Notes under the pieces: model-generated
Database searches by the model: none
What the model was told of the DNA's origin: nothing
Seen by the model: only the letters and a program-made list of their open reading frames with translations
NCBI GenBank assembly: GCA_934102355.1
Contig: CAKOSO010000001.1
Span: forward strand, 299,678-363,677
Source: an uncultured Bacilli bacterium
Lineage (GTDB): Bacteria; Bacillota_I; Bacilli_A; RF39; UBA660
DNA: 64,000 bases
Reading direction: 5' to 3'
Program-made: the position numbers and the translations under genes
Shown: one piece after another, positions 47,207 through 56,785 of the stretch
How the letters are laid out: each line of letters begins with the position of its first letter
Position numbering within the stretch: position 1 is the first letter of the stretch

Positions 47207-47283
47207 TGGCGTCCCCGAGTGGATTTGAACCACCGACTTATCGCTTAGGAGGCGATTACTCTATCCAACTGAGTTACGAGGAC
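47207..47283 (-). tRNA. tRNA-Arg (anticodon CCU)
   Basis: Minus strand reads GTCCTCGTAACTCAGTTGGATAGAGTAATCGCCTCCTAAGCGATAAGTCGGTGGTTCAAATCCACTCGGGGACGCCA. Anticodon loop is CT-CCT-AA. Confidence 0.9.
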
Positions 47284-47299
47284 ACAAAAAAGTATTAAA

Positions 47300-47785
47300 T
47301 TAATACTTTATAAAACAAACAAATAAAAGAACTATAAATCTAACAGCGTATCTTAGTTTTCTAAAATCTCCATTTACTCTTTCCTTAATAGAAACATAAT
47401 CATCAACTAAATTAACTACTACACTCTCAAGATTTTTAGGTATTTTCCCGCCAACAGGGAACATATGAGAAGCAATAATACTAGCTTCTTTATCATTCAA
47501 TTTACATAATTTACTTGCATTCACAAGTGACATTTCTGAATGCTTTAATATTTTCTTACTCTCTGATTTAAACTCTGAATCAAAGTAAAAATCATGCAAA
47601 AGAGCAGCCCTTGTAGCGCTTTTATAATCAAGATTTAATCTTTTACAAATTTTATATGTTCTACATGAAACATCAACTAAATGATCATATCTAGTAGTAT
47701 TACGGTGATGAACTTCGTCTTTTAGTTTCATAAACTTTCTATTAGAAAGTATTTTTTTTGTTAGCTCTAAATAATTGTCATCCAT
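47300..47785 (-). CDS. HD domain phosphohydrolase
   Basis: H...HD pattern (RYDHLVDVS ... AALLHDFYFD), 161 aa. Confidence 0.7.
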   Translation of the reverse strand: MDDNYLELTKKILSNRKFMKLKDEVHHRNTTRYDHLVDVSCRTYKICKRLNLDYKSATRAALLHDFYFDSEFKSESKKILKHSEMSLVNASKLCKLNDKEASIIASHMFPVGGKIPKNLESVVVNLVDDYVSIKERVNGDFRKLRYAVRFIVLLFVCFIKY

Positions 47786-47921
47786 AAGTTGATAACACGT
47801 TCCTTTCTATCTAAAAAAGATAAGATAAAAGTAACAATCTCTAAAGATTGATAAATATCAAAATAATGTTAAAAAAATAATTATAATAATTTTTTTGTTA
47901 ACAGAAACATTCTACCACAAA

Positions 47922-47951
47922 AGCAAAAAAAAAGCAAACCAAACGGTTCGC
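47922..47951 (-). terminator. intrinsic terminator of ftsZ
   Basis: Minus-strand GCGAACC-GTTT-GGTTTGC followed by 9 T. Confidence 0.8.
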
Positions 47952-49034
47952 CTAGAATTTATGCATAAAAGATGGGATATCAACTTCAGTTGGTTCGAAA
48001 TGAGAACTATCTGAACTATCATCTTCTTCATAATTATTTTGATTAATGCTTGTTCTCTTTGTAGTACCTACTTCTCTATATAATGGAGCTGTTCCTTTTT
48101 TATCAAAACCAGTAGCAATAACAGTAACTATCACTTCATCGTTAAGATTTTCATTAATAACAGCACCGAATATTGTATTAATATCAGTATTTGCAGCAGC
48201 TCTTATAACTTCAGCAGCTTGTTCAGCTTCAAATAAAGTTAAATTAGAACCACCAGTAATATTAATTATAGCATCTGTTGCACCATGAATTGATGTTTCA
48301 AGAAGAGGTGAAGCAACTGCTTGTTTTGCAGCTTCTATAGCTCTATCATCACCAACACCAATACCAATACCTATTATTGCATTACCAGAATTTTCCATAA
48401 CAGTCTTAACATCAGCAAAATCAAGGTTAACAAGTCCAACTACTGCAATCAAATCAGATATAGATTGTACGCCACGAAGCAATACATTGTCTACTTCTTT
48501 AAATGCATCGAGCATTGGAGTAGATTTATCAATTATCTCTCTTAATCTATCATTTGGAATAACTATTAAAGTGTCGACATGTTGTTTCAACTCTTCGATA
48601 CCTGTAACAGCATTATCCATTCTTCTTCTGCCTTCAAATGAGAAAGGTCTAGTAACAATAGCAACAGTAAGTGCACCCAAATTCTGAGCTATTTCAGCAA
48701 TAACAGGAGCAGCACCAGTTCCAGTACCTCCACCCATTCCACATGTGATAAAAATCATATCAGCGCCTTTTAAAGCTTCCTCTATTTCTTTTTTAGCTTT
48801 AACTGCTGTTTCTTTTCCAATTTCTGGCTTAGCACCAGCACCAAGACCGGTACCTAATTGAATTTTTTTATCAGCCTTTGAAGCATTTAGCACTTGTGAA
48901 TCAGTGTTAACTACTATAAATTCAACTCCTCTAACACCTGCTTCTATCATTCGGTTTACAGCGTTACCACCGCCTCCACCTACACCAACAACTTTTATTT
49001 TTGCTAATTGATCCATAGTTCCTAAATCAAACAT
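47952..49034 (-). CDS. ftsZ: cell division protein FtsZ
   Basis: [10 protein letters not shown] tubulin signature and the C-terminal peptide DIPSFM. Confidence 0.97.
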   Translation of the reverse strand: MFDLGTMDQLAKIKVVGVGGGGGNAVNRMIEAGVRGVEFIVVNTDSQVLNASKADKKIQLGTGLGAGAKPEIGKETAVKAKKEIEEALKGADMIFITCGMGGGTGTGAAPVIAEIAQNLGALTVAIVTRPFSFEGRRRMDNAVTGIEELKQHVDTLIVIPNDRLREIIDKSTPMLDAFKEVDNVLLRGVQSISDLIAVVGLVNLDFADVKTVMENSGNAIIGIGIGVGDDRAIEAAKQAVASPLLETSIHGATDAIINITGGSNLTLFEAEQAAEVIRAAANTDINTIFGAVINENLNDEVIVTVIATGFDKKGTAPLYREVGTTKRTSINQNNYEEDDSSDSSHFEPTEVDIPSFMHKF

Positions 49035-49048
49035 TTCATCATCTCTCC

Positions 49049-50275
49049 TTAATCAAATAATCTATCAAATATCTTTCCTATGACATTATTCCCAGCTTTC
49101 TTTCTAGGAGATAACATTGCATCAATTCTATCCATAGAAAACATTGTATATTCTTTTTCTCTTAATTCTAATTTACTAACAAAATACTTTATCAAACCAT
49201 AACTAGCTGAATATCTATTGTCTCTCACACCAAGTATTCCAATATTCATTACTGAAGCATTTTTAACAAAAACATCCTCAACTAATGCATTAAAACCTAA
49301 CATTGATGTAATACCACCTGTTATCATTATATAACCTATTTCGCCATTTGTTAAGTTATTTATTTGAATTTTAATATTTTTTAATATATCTACGACCCTA
49401 GTTTCAATAAGTTCAGCCAACTTATATTGATATAATTTTTCTCTTTTGCCACCAATAATGAACTCAAATTCCTCACTATCAGCATACTTTCTATTACAAA
49501 CAGAATAATCTTCTTTTAATTTTTTTGAATCTTCAACACTAAAATTATAAGTAGAAGAAATATCAGTATCGATACTTTTACCACCTATTGGAAGTATTAT
49601 ATCTTCTTTTATAACACCTTCGCTAAATATAGAAATATTAGTTTTATCAACACCAATATCAACTATAGCAACATTTTTAGCATCAAAATCTCTATTCTTT
49701 ATTACAAAATAATTAGCAATTCCAGAAACAGAAATATCCATTACCTCAATACCTAATGATTCTAAAACACTAACTACTGAATAAACATTCTTCTTAGGTA
49801 CAAGAAGTGAAACAGCTTTAACTGATAATATATTACATTTTTTTCCTATAGGATTACTAACAATTGTCTTCTTATCCAATAAAAAAGCTTTAGGTAAAAC
49901 GCTAACCACTTCCATACCATTTTCAGCACTATTAGCTAAAGCATTTTGCAAACAAGAAAAAATATGATTTCCTGTTACAATACCATCCTCTTCTTTTACC
50001 AAAGTAGTACCAACAACAGGAACAACATAAGAATCCTTGCTTGGAACTATTGCCAAAACTTTATTTATCTTAACGCCCAATTTATTCTCATTATTCTTAA
50101 TTGCTTTTTTCAAAGCTCCAGAAACAAGCTGAGCATCTGTAATTAAACCTTTTTTTAGCCCTGATGATTTAAATGATGATGAAGCAAGAACATTATAACG
50201 ATCATTAAATTTTTCTACTGTAACTACCCTAATTTCATCAGTGCCTATATCAACACTAGTATATATTTTTCTCAT
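49049..50275 (-). CDS. ftsA: cell division protein FtsA
   Basis: Actin-like ATPase ([10 protein letters not shown].., [19 protein letters not shown]). Lies upstream of ftsZ. ATG 50275 follows an AGAGG RBS. Confidence 0.9.
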   Translation of the reverse strand: MRKIYTSVDIGTDEIRVVTVEKFNDRYNVLASSSFKSSGLKKGLITDAQLVSGALKKAIKNNENKLGVKINKVLAIVPSKDSYVVPVVGTTLVKEEDGIVTGNHIFSCLQNALANSAENGMEVVSVLPKAFLLDKKTIVSNPIGKKCNILSVKAVSLLVPKKNVYSVVSVLESLGIEVMDISVSGIANYFVIKNRDFDAKNVAIVDIGVDKTNISIFSEGVIKEDIILPIGGKSIDTDISSTYNFSVEDSKKLKEDYSVCNRKYADSEEFEFIIGGKREKLYQYKLAELIETRVVDILKNIKIQINNLTNGEIGYIMITGGITSMLGFNALVEDVFVKNASVMNIGILGVRDNRYSASYGLIKYFVSKLELREKEYTMFSMDRIDAMLSPRKKAGNNVIGKIFDRLFD

Positions 50276-50351
50276 ATAAATACCTCTACTCAATCATAAA
50301 TAAATTATACATTATATTTAAAAAATTGACAATAATATTTTATAGTAATTA

Positions 50352-50380
50352 TAGACAAAAAGCTTAATCTAAGTTATAAT
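50352..50380 (+). promoter_or_regulatory. candidate sigma-A promoter of RNase J gene
   Basis: TAGACA, 17 nt spacer, TATAAT. Confidence 0.4.
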
Positions 50381-50427
50381 ATAACTCGGTTGATTCTTTA
50401 TTAAAAATTAAAAAAAGGAGGAATAAA

Positions 50428-52098
50428 ATGTTTAAACAAGACAAAACTTACGTTTTTGCACTAGGTGGTCTTGGAGAAGTAGGAAAAAATATGTATTGCA
50501 TCATGCACAATGATGAAATAATTATTATAGATTGTGGAGTAATATTTCCAGATGCTGAATTAAGAGGAATCGATTATGTTTTACCAGATTTTGATTTCCT
50601 GAAGAAAAATGAAAGAAAAATTAAAACTTTAGTAATCACTCATGGACATGAAGACCACATCGGAGCTATACCATTCTTACTTCAAAATGTAAATATACCA
50701 AGTATATATGCACCAAATCAAGCCTATGCATTAATAAAGAAAAAATTAGAAGAAAGAAATATGCCATATAAAGGATTAAGAGCATATCAAAGTAATGATA
50801 AATTAAAATATAAAAATTTTGAAATTTCGTTTTTTAGAACAACACACTCTGTACCAGATTCACACGGAATCTATATTAAAACCCCTAATGGGAATATTGT
50901 CGAAACAGGAGATTTTAAATTCGATTTAACACCAATTGGACCTGTCGCAGATTTTGCTAGAATAAGTGAGATCGGAAAAGAAGGAGTAACACTTCTTATG
51001 AGTGAATCAACCAATGTTCTAGACGAAGGATTTTCACTTTCTGAATCAAAAGTAGATGAAGCACTAAATGAAGTTTTCACAAAACATCAACATAACAGAT
51101 TAATAATAGCAACATTTGCGTCAAATATTTACAGATTAAAACACATAATCGAAACATGTAAAAAATTTAATCGAAAAGTTTGTATTTTCGGTAGAAGTAT
51201 GGAAAACAATATTAATATTTCTGTAGAAGGTGGATATATTGAAGCACATAATATCTTTGTAACACCAGAAGTTGCAAACACATTAAAACCAGGTGAAGTA
51301 GCACTTTTATGTACAGGTACTCAAGGAGAACCTTTAGCAGCATTATCAAGAATTGCAGATGGTACACACAAACAAATAAGTTTAAGACCAGATGATATTG
51401 TTATATTCTCATCAAGTGCTATACCAGGAAATGCAAACAGTATTGCAAATACTATAAATAATTTATATTTAAAAGGTGTAAAAGTATATACAACATCAAA
51501 TGACAGCGAAATTCATGCATCAGGTCACGGAATGACTGATGAACTAAAGCTAATGATAAGATTATTAAATCCTAAATGTATAATGCCAATTCATGGTGAA
51601 TACAGAATGTTAAAACGTCATGCAAAACTTGCAATGGACTGTGGAATAAAAAAAGAAAACACATTTGTCCTAGATAATGGAGACATATTAGAGTTAGATA
51701 AAGGAAACGTTAAAAAAGTTGGATCAATGGAAATAGAACCAACTTATGTTGATGGATCAAGAGTTGGAGATGTTCAAAGAGCAGTCTTAAACGATAGAAA
51801 AATAATGTCAACAGATGGAATATTAGTAGTAATAGCAAATATAAATTTCGATGAAAAGAAATTACTTGCTAGACCAATGATAACAACAAGAGGATTTATA
51901 CTTATAAATGAAAATGAAGAATTAATTAAAAAAATAGAAAATCTAGCAAATAAAATTATAACTAAAAAATTAAAAGATAAAAATCTAAACTACACTGAAT
52001 TAAAAACTGATTTAACAAAAGAAATAACAACATTCATAAAAGAAAAAACTGGTAGAAAACCTATCGTTCTACCAATAATATCAAATATAAAAAAATAG
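50428..52098 (+). CDS. rnj: ribonuclease J
   Basis: Beta-lactamase/beta-CASP nuclease with HGHEDHIG. 556 aa with an RNase J C-terminal domain. Confidence 0.95.
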   Translation: MFKQDKTYVFALGGLGEVGKNMYCIMHNDEIIIIDCGVIFPDAELRGIDYVLPDFDFLKKNERKIKTLVITHGHEDHIGAIPFLLQNVNIPSIYAPNQAYALIKKKLEERNMPYKGLRAYQSNDKLKYKNFEISFFRTTHSVPDSHGIYIKTPNGNIVETGDFKFDLTPIGPVADFARISEIGKEGVTLLMSESTNVLDEGFSLSESKVDEALNEVFTKHQHNRLIIATFASNIYRLKHIIETCKKFNRKVCIFGRSMENNINISVEGGYIEAHNIFVTPEVANTLKPGEVALLCTGTQGEPLAALSRIADGTHKQISLRPDDIVIFSSSAIPGNANSIANTINNLYLKGVKVYTTSNDSEIHASGHGMTDELKLMIRLLNPKCIMPIHGEYRMLKRHAKLAMDCGIKKENTFVLDNGDILELDKGNVKKVGSMEIEPTYVDGSRVGDVQRAVLNDRKIMSTDGILVVIANINFDEKKLLARPMITTRGFILINENEELIKKIENLANKIITKKLKDKNLNYTELKTDLTKEITTFIKEKTGRKPIVLPIISNIKK

Positions 52099-52121
52099 AA
52101 AGCACAAAATGCTTTCTTTTT
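52098..52121 (+). terminator. intrinsic terminator of rnj
   Basis: GAAAGCA-CAAAA-TGCTTTC followed by TTTTT. Confidence 0.75.
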
Positions 52122-52581
52122 AATTTAAAACAAATACCCCAAAGCTCAAATAAAGAGCAAATATTAACCATATAAGATAAGGGATCTGTAAATATGCTGC
52201 TTTTTTATCAATATTATAAAATCTTGAAAACATAATCACTACTAATACTATAAGTAAAATAATCCATAAAAACGCCAAGAAATAAAACCTTAAGTTAAAA
52301 AATATAACTGTCCAAAATCCATTAACAAAAAGTTGAACAATATATAATTTAAGTGCATCTTCTCTTTTATAAGATGAAGAATTATAAATTATCAAAGAAG
52401 AAATTCCCATCAAAACATAAAGAATTGTCCACACAATTGGAAAAACAAATCCTGGAGGAGATAAAAATGGCTTTAAGATTTCCTTATAAACCATATTGCT
52501 TCTTGAAAAAATACTAAATATTAAACCAACTGCCAAAGGAATAGCAATACTAATTACTAATTCTTTCAATTTAAATTTCAT
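52120..52581 (-). CDS. tspO: TspO/MBR family tryptophan-rich sensory protein
   Basis: Five TM helices, about 150 aa, with the patterns PPGFVFPIVWTILY and NGFWTVIFF. Confidence 0.8.
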   Translation of the reverse strand: MKFKLKELVISIAIPLAVGLIFSIFSRSNMVYKEILKPFLSPPGFVFPIVWTILYVLMGISSLIIYNSSSYKREDALKLYIVQLFVNGFWTVIFFNLRFYFLAFLWIILLIVLVVIMFSRFYNIDKKAAYLQIPYLIWLIFALYLSFGVFVLN

Positions 52582-52618
52582 ACTATCACCACTAAAATAA
52601 TATGCAAAAATCGAAAAA

Positions 52619-54841
52619 TTATTCAGTTTTCAAACATTCTATAGGATCTTTATTCATAGCAATTCTAGCAGGTAATAAACCACCTAAAATAGCAACAAAA
52701 ATACTTAATCCAAAAATAACTAACATTACACTAAAGTTAATACCAATAATATTTTTAATATCAGTAAATTTATATAATAATTTGTTTAAAGGAAAAGATA
52801 AAACAGAAGTAATAAAAATAGCAAAAATTCCAGAAATAAAACCAATAATAAATGTTTCAGCATTAAAAATTCTAAATATATCCTTTCGTCTAGCACCAAT
52901 AGATCTTAAAATACCTATCTCCTTTGTTCTTTCAAGAACTGAAATATACATAACTATACCAATCATAATTAAAGATACAATAAGTGAAATTAACGCGAAA
53001 AATAACAAAACAACCTCTATAGCACTCATAATACTACTAGATAAAGATACAATAAGCTTTGCTTGATCAGTATAAACTATCTTGTCTTCATCAACTTTAC
53101 CAGTATTATAACTATCTAAATAATTAAGTAACTTACCTTTACTAGAAAAATCCTTAGGATAAATTAATATATTATGATAAATAACATCTTTCCCTAAGTA
53201 AGAAAGAAACTGTTTCTTTTCTAAATCACTAGAAAACTTTTCTCCCGAAAGTAAATTAATATCGTTATTTAACTGATCTAAAACAATATTAGAATCTTTG
53301 TTATTAGATGTTATAAAATTAATAAACTCACGATTATATAAAACACAAGAAGAACTAAGATAATCAGGATAATCATCTTTAAGTCTTAAAATACCAACTA
53401 AATTTAACTTATAACTTTTAGCATACAAAAGTTCCAAATCCTTCTCTTCATAATAATAACCATTTCTTCTCTTATAAAAATCATTATTTAAAACAAAATG
53501 TACTTTTGAATTTAAAATTTCATTATAAGAAATAGTATCATTAGAAATACCAAATAACTCTAATATTCCCTTATCAACATAACCGTTATTATCAACAACT
53601 AACATTACATCAAATTTATCAAAAGATATCTTACCGGTCAATAAATCATATTGATTTTCTATCACGCCACTATTATTACCAACCATATTTGGAATAACAT
53701 TAAAACTTATATCTGATTTATTTAAAACTTTAATACTTTCATTAACCTTTTTCACAAATTTAACATTAGTATAACTTTCATAAGATATACCTGCTGCAAA
53801 AGAATTATCAATGGAATCAATATAAGAAATAAGTTCATCTGAAATATTATTTCTATGACTACTAAAAGATTTTTGATCCTTAGCTTTTATAAAATCTTTA
53901 CTTTTAGTAGTATCATCACTAGAAATTAAAATTCCCTCCTCTGCTATAGAAACAGGTAAAGAAATTAATGTATTCTTTTCAAAATTATTAATTTGTTTAT
54001 TAAAACCACTAGCTAAATTAAGTACCAAAGATATACCAATTATACCAATCGAAGAAGCAAACGAAGTAATAAATACCCTTCCTTTCTTTGTCATAATATT
54101 TTTAAAAGATAAAAATAAAGCAGTAAAAAAACTCAAAGATCTACTTTTAATAGGTTTAGATTCATAATACTTATAACTATAAGGATTTGTATCATCAACT
54201 ATACAACCATCTTTCATCTTAATAATTCTTGTTGCATACTTATTGGCTAACTCCTCATTATGAGTTACCATTATAACTAGTTTATTAGATGAATTCTTTT
54301 TTATTAAATTCATTATTTCATAACCATTTTTACTATCAAGTGCACCAGTCGGTTCATCAGCTAAAATAATATCCGGATCATTAACTAATGCACGAGCTAT
54401 AGCAACCCTTTGCATCTGTCCACCTGATAACTGATTTGGTTTTTTATTCATGTGTTCTCTTAAACCTAATTTATCCAAAATAGATTTTGCTTTTCGCTTT
54501 CTCTTATATTTTGAATATCCACTCAAACTAAGAGCCATTTCGACATTATCCAAAACACTTATATGACCTATCAAATTGTAACTTTGAAATATAAATCCAA
54601 GAACTCTATTTCTATATGAATCCTTTTTACTACCTTTTAAAGATTTTAAAGAATTATTTCCATAATAAACATCACCATCATACTTATTGTCTAATGCACC
54701 TAGTATATTTAAAAGTGTACTCTTACCACTACCACTTGCACCTAAAATAACAACAAATTCATTACTTCTAAAACTAATATTAGCGTTATTTAAAACCCTT
54801 TTATCCCTATAGCTTTTACTAACATTTTCTAATCTTAACAA
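52619..54841 (-). CDS. fused ABC ATPase-permease, MacB/FtsX type
   Basis: N-terminal NBD ([28 protein letters not shown]). Then one TM helix, an extracytoplasmic domain of about 340 aa, and 3 C-terminal FtsX-type TM helices. Confidence 0.85.
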   Translation of the reverse strand: MLRLENVSKSYRDKRVLNNANISFRSNEFVVILGASGSGKSTLLNILGALDNKYDGDVYYGNNSLKSLKGSKKDSYRNRVLGFIFQSYNLIGHISVLDNVEMALSLSGYSKYKRKRKAKSILDKLGLREHMNKKPNQLSGGQMQRVAIARALVNDPDIILADEPTGALDSKNGYEIMNLIKKNSSNKLVIMVTHNEELANKYATRIIKMKDGCIVDDTNPYSYKYYESKPIKSRSLSFFTALFLSFKNIMTKKGRVFITSFASSIGIIGISLVLNLASGFNKQINNFEKNTLISLPVSIAEEGILISSDDTTKSKDFIKAKDQKSFSSHRNNISDELISYIDSIDNSFAAGISYESYTNVKFVKKVNESIKVLNKSDISFNVIPNMVGNNSGVIENQYDLLTGKISFDKFDVMLVVDNNGYVDKGILELFGISNDTISYNEILNSKVHFVLNNDFYKRRNGYYYEEKDLELLYAKSYKLNLVGILRLKDDYPDYLSSSCVLYNREFINFITSNNKDSNIVLDQLNNDINLLSGEKFSSDLEKKQFLSYLGKDVIYHNILIYPKDFSSKGKLLNYLDSYNTGKVDEDKIVYTDQAKLIVSLSSSIMSAIEVVLLFFALISLIVSLIMIGIVMYISVLERTKEIGILRSIGARRKDIFRIFNAETFIIGFISGIFAIFITSVLSFPLNKLLYKFTDIKNIIGINFSVMLVIFGLSIFVAILGGLLPARIAMNKDPIECLKTE

Positions 54842-54918
54842 AATATCACCTCTAATAAAATAGTTACTGTAATATTAAAAGATACCTAAAAAATAAGGAT
54901 AAAACATATAATTAACTG

Positions 54919-55140
54919 GTGATACATATTAAAAAGATTATTATTTTTATAACAATATTAATAAGCATTTTAACAATAAATACTAGTGTTAAACAAACAA
55001 AAAATCTAAAATATTATGGAGATATAGAAACTGCTAAATTAATAAAAAAAGATAATAGAACCTATTTTACATTATCAGTAATAGGAACCATTATCATATC
55101 TACTATCGGAATAACTATAATAAAAACTAAAAAGAATTAA
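54919..55140 (+). CDS. hypothetical small two-TM protein (GTG start)
   Basis: Track ORF only. Both ends are hydrophobic. No clear RBS. Confidence 0.3.
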   Translation: MIHIKKIIIFITILISILTINTSVKQTKNLKYYGDIETAKLIKKDNRTYFTLSVIGTIIISTIGITIIKTKKN

Positions 55141-55448
55141 TCTCCTGAAAAAACATATTTAAGAAGATAAAACAAAAACCAAAACAATAAAACAATAATT
55201 ACCCAAAAAAGGATTGAATAAATAACACCACTTGTATATGCTGATGCTATTGAAAAAAGTGACTCTGGAAACCATTTATTAACTAATGAATTTATTTCAG
55301 CAACACCTAAATTATCTCCTAATAAATGAAGTAGTCTAAATAAAACTTCAGAAGTTCCTATAACATAAATACCCCATTTAACATTTCTTCTTAAAACAAC
55401 TAAAACTGTAAAAGCAATCAATATAATAATTAAAAAAACTGCATACAT
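55137..55448 (-). CDS. hypothetical membrane protein
   Basis: Three predicted TM helices. ATG 55448 lies 8 nt after GGAGG. Confidence 0.5.
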   Translation of the reverse strand: MYAVFLIIILIAFTVLVVLRRNVKWGIYVIGTSEVLFRLLHLLGDNLGVAEINSLVNKWFPESLFSIASAYTSGVIYSILFWVIIVLLFWFLFYLLKYVFSGD

Positions 55449-55522
55449 TATAAATACCTCCAACTATACTAAAAATTATAACATAATACGTAATACAAGT
55501 AAATTAAAAAACATATAACAAT

Positions 55523-55551
55523 TTGACAAATAAGTACATCAATGATAAAAT
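55523..55551 (+). promoter_or_regulatory. candidate sigma-A promoter
   Basis: TTGACA, 17 nt spacer, TAAAAT, with a TG extended -10 (TGATAAAAT). Confidence 0.5.
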
Positions 55552-55576
55552 ATTTAACCACTAGACAGGTGGTTAT

Positions 55577-56017
55577 ATGAAAAATTTATATGCAGGAATT
55601 ATTAAGTTTAAAGATAGTAAAGTAAAAATGCTATACACCAAAAAAGATAACGTTATAACAGATGTTAAAAACTTTGCAACTTATAGAATCAATGAAGAAA
55701 CATTTATCGAACTAGAAGTACCACTAAACGACATAATAGAATCATTAAATCTAGAAAATAAAACACCAGAAGAAATATATGAAATATTACTAGATAATCC
55801 AATTTTTCTTCACAAAAACTGTAATTACTTTGGAATAAGAAAAATGGAAACAGGATACAAATATATAACTAGATATGTAAGAATGTTTGATGAAGAATTT
55901 GAATCAAAAACTTTCTACGATTTAGAAGAAATAATAAAAACACCAAAAACAATACAAACTAAAAACCCTATCAAAAGATTTGTAAGAACAAGATTCAGAA
56001 AAAAAGATAACAATTAA
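55577..56017 (+). CDS. hypothetical cytoplasmic protein
   Basis: Track ORF of 146 aa with a basic C-terminus. It has its own promoter and terminator. No family recognised. Confidence 0.5.
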   Translation: MKNLYAGIIKFKDSKVKMLYTKKDNVITDVKNFATYRINEETFIELEVPLNDIIESLNLENKTPEEIYEILLDNPIFLHKNCNYFGIRKMETGYKYITRYVRMFDEEFESKTFYDLEEIIKTPKTIQTKNPIKRFVRTRFRKKDNN

Positions 56018-56033
56018 TTTTGTTATCTTTTTA
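56001..56033. terminator. bidirectional terminator between convergent small genes
   Basis: AAAGATAACA-ATTAATTT-TGTTATCTTT. Overlaps both stop codons. Confidence 0.6.
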
Positions 56034-56408
56034 GTTAAACGCTATTTCTGTTTCAATATCTTCATCTAAAATAGCAATTGTTAAAAATATAAAACCACTA
56101 ATAAGTATTAAAACAGAACCAATAAAAGAAGCATAAGTAAGCTTTCTTTTCTTTAATGAATCATATATATTAAGATTTTTTATATCCTCATAACCATCTA
56201 TAGTAAAATAAAGATAAACAACAAGTAAAACACCAAAAATAAATATTAATAAATTTTGGTATTCTCTTTTACTTTTCTGATCATTATATAATAAATAATT
56301 CTTTTCTTTATAATTTGCATACCAACTAAGTATTATTATTCCAATATAAATAACCCATACATAGTTTTCAATTTTAATTTTTTTTAATTTTTCCAACCTA
56401 TCGTCCAT
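56031..56408 (-). CDS. hypothetical three-TM membrane protein
   Basis: Track ORF of 125 aa. No family recognised. Confidence 0.5.
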   Translation of the reverse strand: MDDRLEKLKKIKIENYVWVIYIGIIILSWYANYKEKNYLLYNDQKSKREYQNLLIFIFGVLLVVYLYFTIDGYEDIKNLNIYDSLKKRKLTYASFIGSVLILISGFIFLTIAILDEDIETEIAFN

Positions 56409-56487
56409 ATTAAATTATATTAAAAATAAATATATAAAAATCACAAAATAAAAACTACTTAATAAATAAAGTAGTTAAATTCAAAAC

Positions 56488-56564
56488 TGGTAGTCTGTAC
56501 GGGTTTCGAACCCGTGAATGCCACCTTGAGAGGGTGGTGTGTTAAACCACTTCACCAACAGACC
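56488..56564 (-). tRNA. tRNA-Glu (anticodon CUC)
   Basis: Minus strand reads GGTCTGTTGGTGAAGTGGTTTAACACACCACCCTCTCAAGGTGGCATTCACGGGTTCGAAACCCGTACAGACTACCA. It resembles Bacillus tRNA-Glu. Anticodon loop is CT-CTC-AA. Confidence 0.85.
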
Positions 56565-56690
56565 ATAATTAATTTCCAAAAGACATGATTATCTTAACAC
56601 ACATATATAATTTTTACAATAAATATTTTTTTAAAAATAGTAAAATACTACTACATTTTTAAAAAATATATAGTATAATAATGTTGTTGT

Positions 56691-56766
56691 TGCCCCATAG
56701 CCAAGCGGTAAGGCATCGGACTCTGACTCCGACATGTCGTTAGTTCGAATCTAACTGGGGCAGCCA
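56691..56766 (+). tRNA. tRNA-Gln (anticodon CUG)
   Basis: TGCCCCATAGCCAAGCGGTAAGGCATCGGACTCTGACTCCGACATGTCGTTAGTTCGAATCTAACTGGGGCAGCCA. It has the U1:A72 pair and a D-arm identical to B. subtilis tRNA-Gln as I recall it. A TATAAT lies at 56674-79. Confidence 0.9.
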
Positions 56767-56785
56767 CTAATTTGGAGTGATAAAA

